Origin: Myxococcota bacterium
GTDB taxonomy: Bacteria > Myxococcota_A > UBA796 > GCA-2862545
Assembly: GCA_039208735.1 (NCBI GenBank)
Contig: JBCCQY010000007.1
Coordinates: 32,001-96,000, forward strand
Direction of reading: 5' to 3'
Length of the DNA: 64,000 nt
The notes below the pieces were generated by a model. The model saw nothing but the letters and a program-made list of their open reading frames with translations, made no database searches and was not told the DNA's origin. Below, in pieces: positions 60,076 through 64,000 of the stretch. How positions within the stretch are numbered: the first letter of the stretch is position 1; each line of letters opens with the position of its first letter. Position numbers and translations under genes: made by a program.

Positions 60076-60294
60076 GACGTGCTCCCTGGTTCGTGACGTC
60101 AATCTGACCGCGTTGGGGTCTTCACGGAAGAACCCATGTTGTGCAGCTGCCGGTTCAAAAATGAACCACTCGATCGAGAGTTCAGGTCCGGTGGGGAGCT
60201 CGCGGAGTCGACCGACCCGGCCTACTCCGTCCAGTCGAAGCTCAGCGCCGCGTGAATGGCCTTGGTCTTCGCGCGGGTCGTGGCCACGGCGGGA

Positions 60295-60510
60295 TTGACC
60301 GGTGGCCGGGACGGGTCCCGAGGCCGAGGCGCATCGAGATGCCCCGGAACGCGCGGAAGCCACCGACCGCGCCCACGTGGGCAGAGATGGACGCGTGCAT
60401 CGCGGTGGTGAGGACACCGCGGATTGCCTGCTTGTTGGCGTTCCTCCGCTTCACCGGTCTGCGAGTCGGCGAAACCATGCTGTTGCGCTGGAACGACCTC
60501 GACCGTCCAT
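60295..60510 (+). pseudogene. Tyrosine recombinase fragment
   Basis: PTAPTWAEMDACI...LAFLRFTGLRVGETMLLRWNDLD (box I TGLR.GE), truncated. Confidence 0.75.
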
Positions 60511-60816
60511 CCTCCAGAGCGCCATTGTCGAGCCGGATCATGGGAAGCAACGACTCGGCCACCTGGGCTGCTCGATGCCTTTCGATCGTCTGCTGCCGGC
60601 CGAGGCGATCGATCGGCCATCGGCGGTCGGCGTGAGCACGAACTCCCACGCACGACGAACAAGCCCCCCAACGCACTCACGGGCCAGGCGAAACGTCGGC
60701 GAGGCTCGACCCCCTCGAAGCGCACGTGCAGGGTGAGGCCAACGCTCGCCTTGACGACGAGATGTTGTAGCGTCTACGGAACCACGCCACGATCTCGAGG
60801 TGGCCGGAGGTGTCCC

Positions 60817-61272
60817 GTGACGTCCCTGTCCCTATTCGTCCGAGCCTTGGTGATCTACGTCGTCGTCGACGTGGCCTACCAGGCAGTGGTGGGACTCCGG
60901 CTGCTGACGACGTTCGTGGCAAAGGCCGGCCTCGAAGATGTCTTCGTGCCGCCGGAAGGTCCAGGGCTACTGATGATGCTCGTTTTCTTCGCCCTACTCG
61001 CGTGGGCCAACGTGCAGCTGGCGATCCGACCCGCGATCGCCGCGGGAAGCGTCGGAGTGGCCATCCGCCACGGCGCCCTGCTCGGCGCAGCCTGCTACGG
61101 CACCCTCGGGCTCACCAACGGCTGGTCCCTGCGCGGATTCAGCCCCGCGTGGACGTTCGCCATCGTGGCGGAGGGCATCTTGTTCTCGGTCATGACCTCG
61201 GGGCTGACCACCTGGTGGGTCTTGCGGAGTGCGCCTATCGATCCCCGCCCCAGCGGAGAGTCCAGCCGATGA
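60817..61272 (+). CDS. DUF2177-like membrane protein
   Basis: GGAGG-GTG start; four TM; GALLGAACYGTLGLTN. Confidence 0.75.
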   Translation: MTSLSLFVRALVIYVVVDVAYQAVVGLRLLTTFVAKAGLEDVFVPPEGPGLLMMLVFFALLAWANVQLAIRPAIAAGSVGVAIRHGALLGAACYGTLGLTNGWSLRGFSPAWTFAIVAEGILFSVMTSGLTTWWVLRSAPIDPRPSGESSR

Positions 61273-61331
61273 CCCCATAGCTCGGCAAGGGCAGCAGCAT
61301 CACGCTGTCAGCGCCATCATCGCTGGCATAC

Positions 61332-61665
61332 CTACTCAGGCGACCACGCTGTCACCCGGTTGCACCCGCGCGGAGCCCACCCGCCACTCTCCTCGACCGG
61401 CGCATCCTCCACCTCGACCCAGCGCTCATCACCTCCATCCGTGGCGGCGGCGGAAACGACGTTCGAACCTACCTCAACGTCTTCGATGGCGATAGACCCG
61501 TTGGTGACGAACACCTCGGTACCGGCGACGAAGCACCCTGTTTTCTTGGCTACCGTTCCCACGCCAAACGCCAAGGGACTTCCAATTTCGGCATTGGTCA
61601 ACCCCAGTTGGAGGAGTGGCTCGGGCTGCAGCCACGTCCCATCGGCCAAATTGGTGAAGCGTTCC
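61332..61665 (-). pseudogene. Rhs-core-end/pre-toxin Hint fragment
   Basis: DGTWLQPEPL (Rhs core terminus-like) followed by CFVAGTEVFVTNGSIAIEDVEVG (Hint N-terminal block); no start, truncated. Confidence 0.7.
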
Positions 61666-61668
61666 CGG

Positions 61669-61755
61669 TCGACCATCAGTTGAGGACGGGCGAGTCCGTC
61701 TACCGCGACACCTTCAAGCAGGTTGCGAAGCGATGCCGCCAACGACGTCGACGTC
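61669..61755 (+). repeat. Right copy of 87-bp direct repeat
   Basis: Matches 54790-54876; contains stop of the LRR gene. Confidence 0.9.
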
Positions 61756-62850
61756 CACTCCTTCGAGCATGCGCAACGGGGCCAGATCCACGAGGTGAGG
61801 GCACCTTCGAATGCCAATTCGACGCAGGGTTTTTGCGCGCACGATGGCCGTAACGTCGACCAATCCAGCGTCCTCAACGTCCAAGACCTCGAGCCGCTCG
61901 AGCCTCTCGATTCCCTCGAGGGTGCGGAGTCCTGGGTGACCCACGATTCGGAGGTGGGTCAGTCGACCACATCCCGCCAGATCGTGCAGCGACATGTCCA
62001 CGTCATCGACGACAAGCCGAGTCAGCGCAGGCAAACCCGCCGCCAGGTGCAGGCCCGCCCCTTTGACGGTGAGGGCGGTAACGTTGGGAAGTCCGTAGAG
62101 CGGGGTCAGATCACGGCCTCGCTTACCGTAGGTGATGGTCAGCTCCCGCAACTGGTCCAACGCCGTCAGCGGCTCGAGGTAGCCCTGAAAGTGGTGAAGG
62201 TTGAGCTTCACCAGCTCAGGGAGCTGCAAGAGCGGCTCGAGCGAGGCGCGGACGCGGGGTCCGAGCTTGAGCCGGGCAAGCGGTACCTCGGCCAACGGCT
62301 CGAGGCTCACCGTGAACGCGTCCAAACCGAGGTCCCGAAGCGGTCCGACCGACGACAAATCACACAGGTCGAGTTGTCCCAACGACGCGCTCAACTTGAG
62401 CCGGCGGAGGTCCAACCCAGCCAAGGCGCGGACCGATGGCGCGGAGCTGACGAAGAGGCCCAAGCTTCCGGTTGCTGGAGGCAGGGGAGGCAACTCGTCG
62501 AGGCGATCGCGCACATGGCCTACGTCGAGAAGTCGAAAGCGGGTCGAGGCGGCTTCGGCGCGTGAACGCGGACCTTCTCGACCGAGTTCCGCCCGCACCC
62601 CGTTCTGCCAGTACAGGTTGACGGAAGAACGTGCTCCGACCGGCCGAGCCCATGCCCCCAAGCGGCGCACCCCACCGGGACCCAACCCAAACTCCCGCAG
62701 GTCGGCACGGCCTGACAATCCTGCCCGCACCACCTCCACCCAGGGGTCCTCGTGCTCCGCTAGCCAGTCGGCGTAGACCCACCAGTCCTCGGGAGTTGGA
62801 TGATCCAGGAGCCGCTGTTCGAGGAACCGTTGCGTCGACCCGACGCGCAT
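61714..62850 (-). CDS. TIGR02996-like N-terminus + leucine-rich repeat protein
   Basis: LLDHPTPEDWWVYADWLAEHEDP; LxxLxL repeats (LEPLLQLPELVKLNL, LEGIERLERLEVLDV). Confidence 0.82.
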   Translation of the reverse strand: MRVGSTQRFLEQRLLDHPTPEDWWVYADWLAEHEDPWVEVVRAGLSGRADLREFGLGPGGVRRLGAWARPVGARSSVNLYWQNGVRAELGREGPRSRAEAASTRFRLLDVGHVRDRLDELPPLPPATGSLGLFVSSAPSVRALAGLDLRRLKLSASLGQLDLCDLSSVGPLRDLGLDAFTVSLEPLAEVPLARLKLGPRVRASLEPLLQLPELVKLNLHHFQGYLEPLTALDQLRELTITYGKRGRDLTPLYGLPNVTALTVKGAGLHLAAGLPALTRLVVDDVDMSLHDLAGCGRLTHLRIVGHPGLRTLEGIERLERLEVLDVEDAGLVDVTAIVRAKTLRRIGIRRCPHLVDLAPLRMLEGVDVDVVGGIASQPA

Positions 62851-62880
62851 GACTCGACCCCTCCCCTCTACATCCCATAG

Positions 62881-63999
62881 CTACGGCGCCGCGTACTCCG
62901 AAAGGCTCATGCCAAGACAAAGGGTGAGCCACCAGATGCCGCCGAACGCAAGACCGGTCACCCCAAGCGCCAACCCTACCGTCGACAACTCGCGTCCTGC
63001 ACCCTTGCGTTCCTGCGCGGCGAGAAGCCCCACCCAACCGAGGCCCACCGCAAACAGCGTCACCAGCAATTGCAGCCCCCCTGCGGCCGGAATGAGGACC
63101 GCGGCGAAGGTGCGAGGAGTGAGAGCCAGCAGGATCGAGACGAACCACCCCGTGACCGCAAGCACACCGGCGAGCAACGCCCAAGGAGCAAACCAATTGC
63201 GAGGCCGCGGACGCGCCAGGGGAAGGGTGACCGATGGGATCCGACGGCGGTGCGCCGTTGGAAAGACCACCGCATCATCAGGAGGGGGCGGCGGTTCGGG
63301 AGTCTCCGGCTCCGCTGGCGCGAGTTCGACCCCCATTCGAAAGGCCCACTTGTGCCACGTGGCCTCGGCCACCCCAAGCCGCGCCGCAACCTCCCCGAGG
63401 ACCGCCTGCGCTTCGGGTCGAATCGGGCCGTCGCTTCCGGCGATGCCGAGCAACGCAAACAGGACCTCCTGCCGGTCCAGCTCGGCAAAGCGGCATCGCA
63501 ACGACGCCGTCGCCATGGCCAGATCAACCGGCTCGCTGGGAAGGAGGAGAAAGCGGGGAATCGCCGGATCGTCGGCCCCCAGGAGCGCCTCGAGCTGAAG
63601 GGCGACCTGTTCGTGCTTGCGCTCATCGAGGGGACCGTCCGCGAGAGCCACGGCCCACGCGAGATCGACAAACGGACGAACGTAGCTCGAGAACACCACG
63701 GGCTCCGCGACGGCCGGAGTGAACGCGAAGGCCGCATTTCCACGCACCACATTTGTGGCATCGCGCATGAGGAGCCGCATGATCGTTCGAGATGGCGGAT
63801 CGACAAGTGCCCCGTACGCAACGAAAAAGACGATGCGGCCTTCGACGATGGGCACCTCGAGGGCGAAGTTCCCGTCCGCATCTCCAAAGGGCGCCGCCGC
63901 CTCGATGGCCGAACCGCCCATGGCTTCCACCGAGACGCGTGCGGTGGTGACCGCCCCAATGTCTTCGGTGAGCTGAACGAGAAACCCGATACCGTCCTT
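62881..63999 (-). CDS. TerB-like domain + C-terminal transmembrane protein (5' end outside window)
   Basis: AVALADGPLDERK, IAGSDGPIRPEAQAVLGEVAARLGV (TerB-like); three TM at C-terminus; frame open to window edge. Confidence 0.65.
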   Translation of the reverse strand, partial: KDGIGFLVQLTEDIGAVTTARVSVEAMGGSAIEAAAPFGDADGNFALEVPIVEGRIVFFVAYGALVDPPSRTIMRLLMRDATNVVRGNAAFAFTPAVAEPVVFSSYVRPFVDLAWAVALADGPLDERKHEQVALQLEALLGADDPAIPRFLLLPSEPVDLAMATASLRCRFAELDRQEVLFALLGIAGSDGPIRPEAQAVLGEVAARLGVAEATWHKWAFRMGVELAPAEPETPEPPPPPDDAVVFPTAHRRRIPSVTLPLARPRPRNWFAPWALLAGVLAVTGWFVSILLALTPRTFAAVLIPAAGGLQLLVTLFAVGLGWVGLLAAQERKGAGRELSTVGLALGVTGLAFGGIWWLTLCLGMSLSEYAAP

Positions 64000-64000
64000 G

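Larger units (their letters stand above)
54790..61755. mobile_element. Decayed genomic island (~6.9 kb) bounded by direct repeats
   Basis: 87-bp flanking repeats; contains tyrosine-integrase fragments, IS3 fragment, Rhs/Hint and immunity relics. Confidence 0.65.

Noticed and set aside
61332..61560. Functional intein
   Set aside because: Only the N-terminal Hint block is present, in a truncated Rhs-like context with no host gene or C-terminal HN motif
54790..61755. Prophage
   Set aside because: No capsid, terminase, tail or replication genes; only integrase and IS debris with cargo

Overview
GC-rich bacterial DNA, probably from a Myxococcota-like organism (DWG-type Ser/Thr kinase, TIGR02147, DUF1592/DUF1552, TIGR02996-LRR and many lipoproteins). 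It is an accessory region of about 50 genes. I found no rRNA, complete tRNA or CRISPR array. Main points: (1) A divergent Ro60/TROVE-like vWA gene is coupled to an ARPP-2-like gene. It is preceded by a ~79-nt rod-like RNA candidate whose tip mimics a tRNA-Arg(UCU) anticodon loop, suggesting a Y-RNA-like ribonucleoprotein system. (2) A TIR - SLOG - Ser/Thr kinase/FGE run, with a second SLOG gene and an FHA-like gene nearby. (3) An orphan, N-terminally extended ribosomal protein uS17 paralog. (4) A T4 Rnl1-type RNA ligase behind a wHTH-ATPase-TPR regulator, whose paralog is split by one in-frame TAG. (5) A 6.9-kb decayed island bounded by an 87-bp direct repeat that duplicates the overlapping 3' ends of two convergent genes; it holds integrase, IS3, Rhs/Hint and immunity relics. 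(6) A membrane-anchored protein with ~25 Pro-punctuated 22-24-aa helical repeats next to a BON/OmpA gene. All family assignments come from recognising motifs by eye; no database searches were run.
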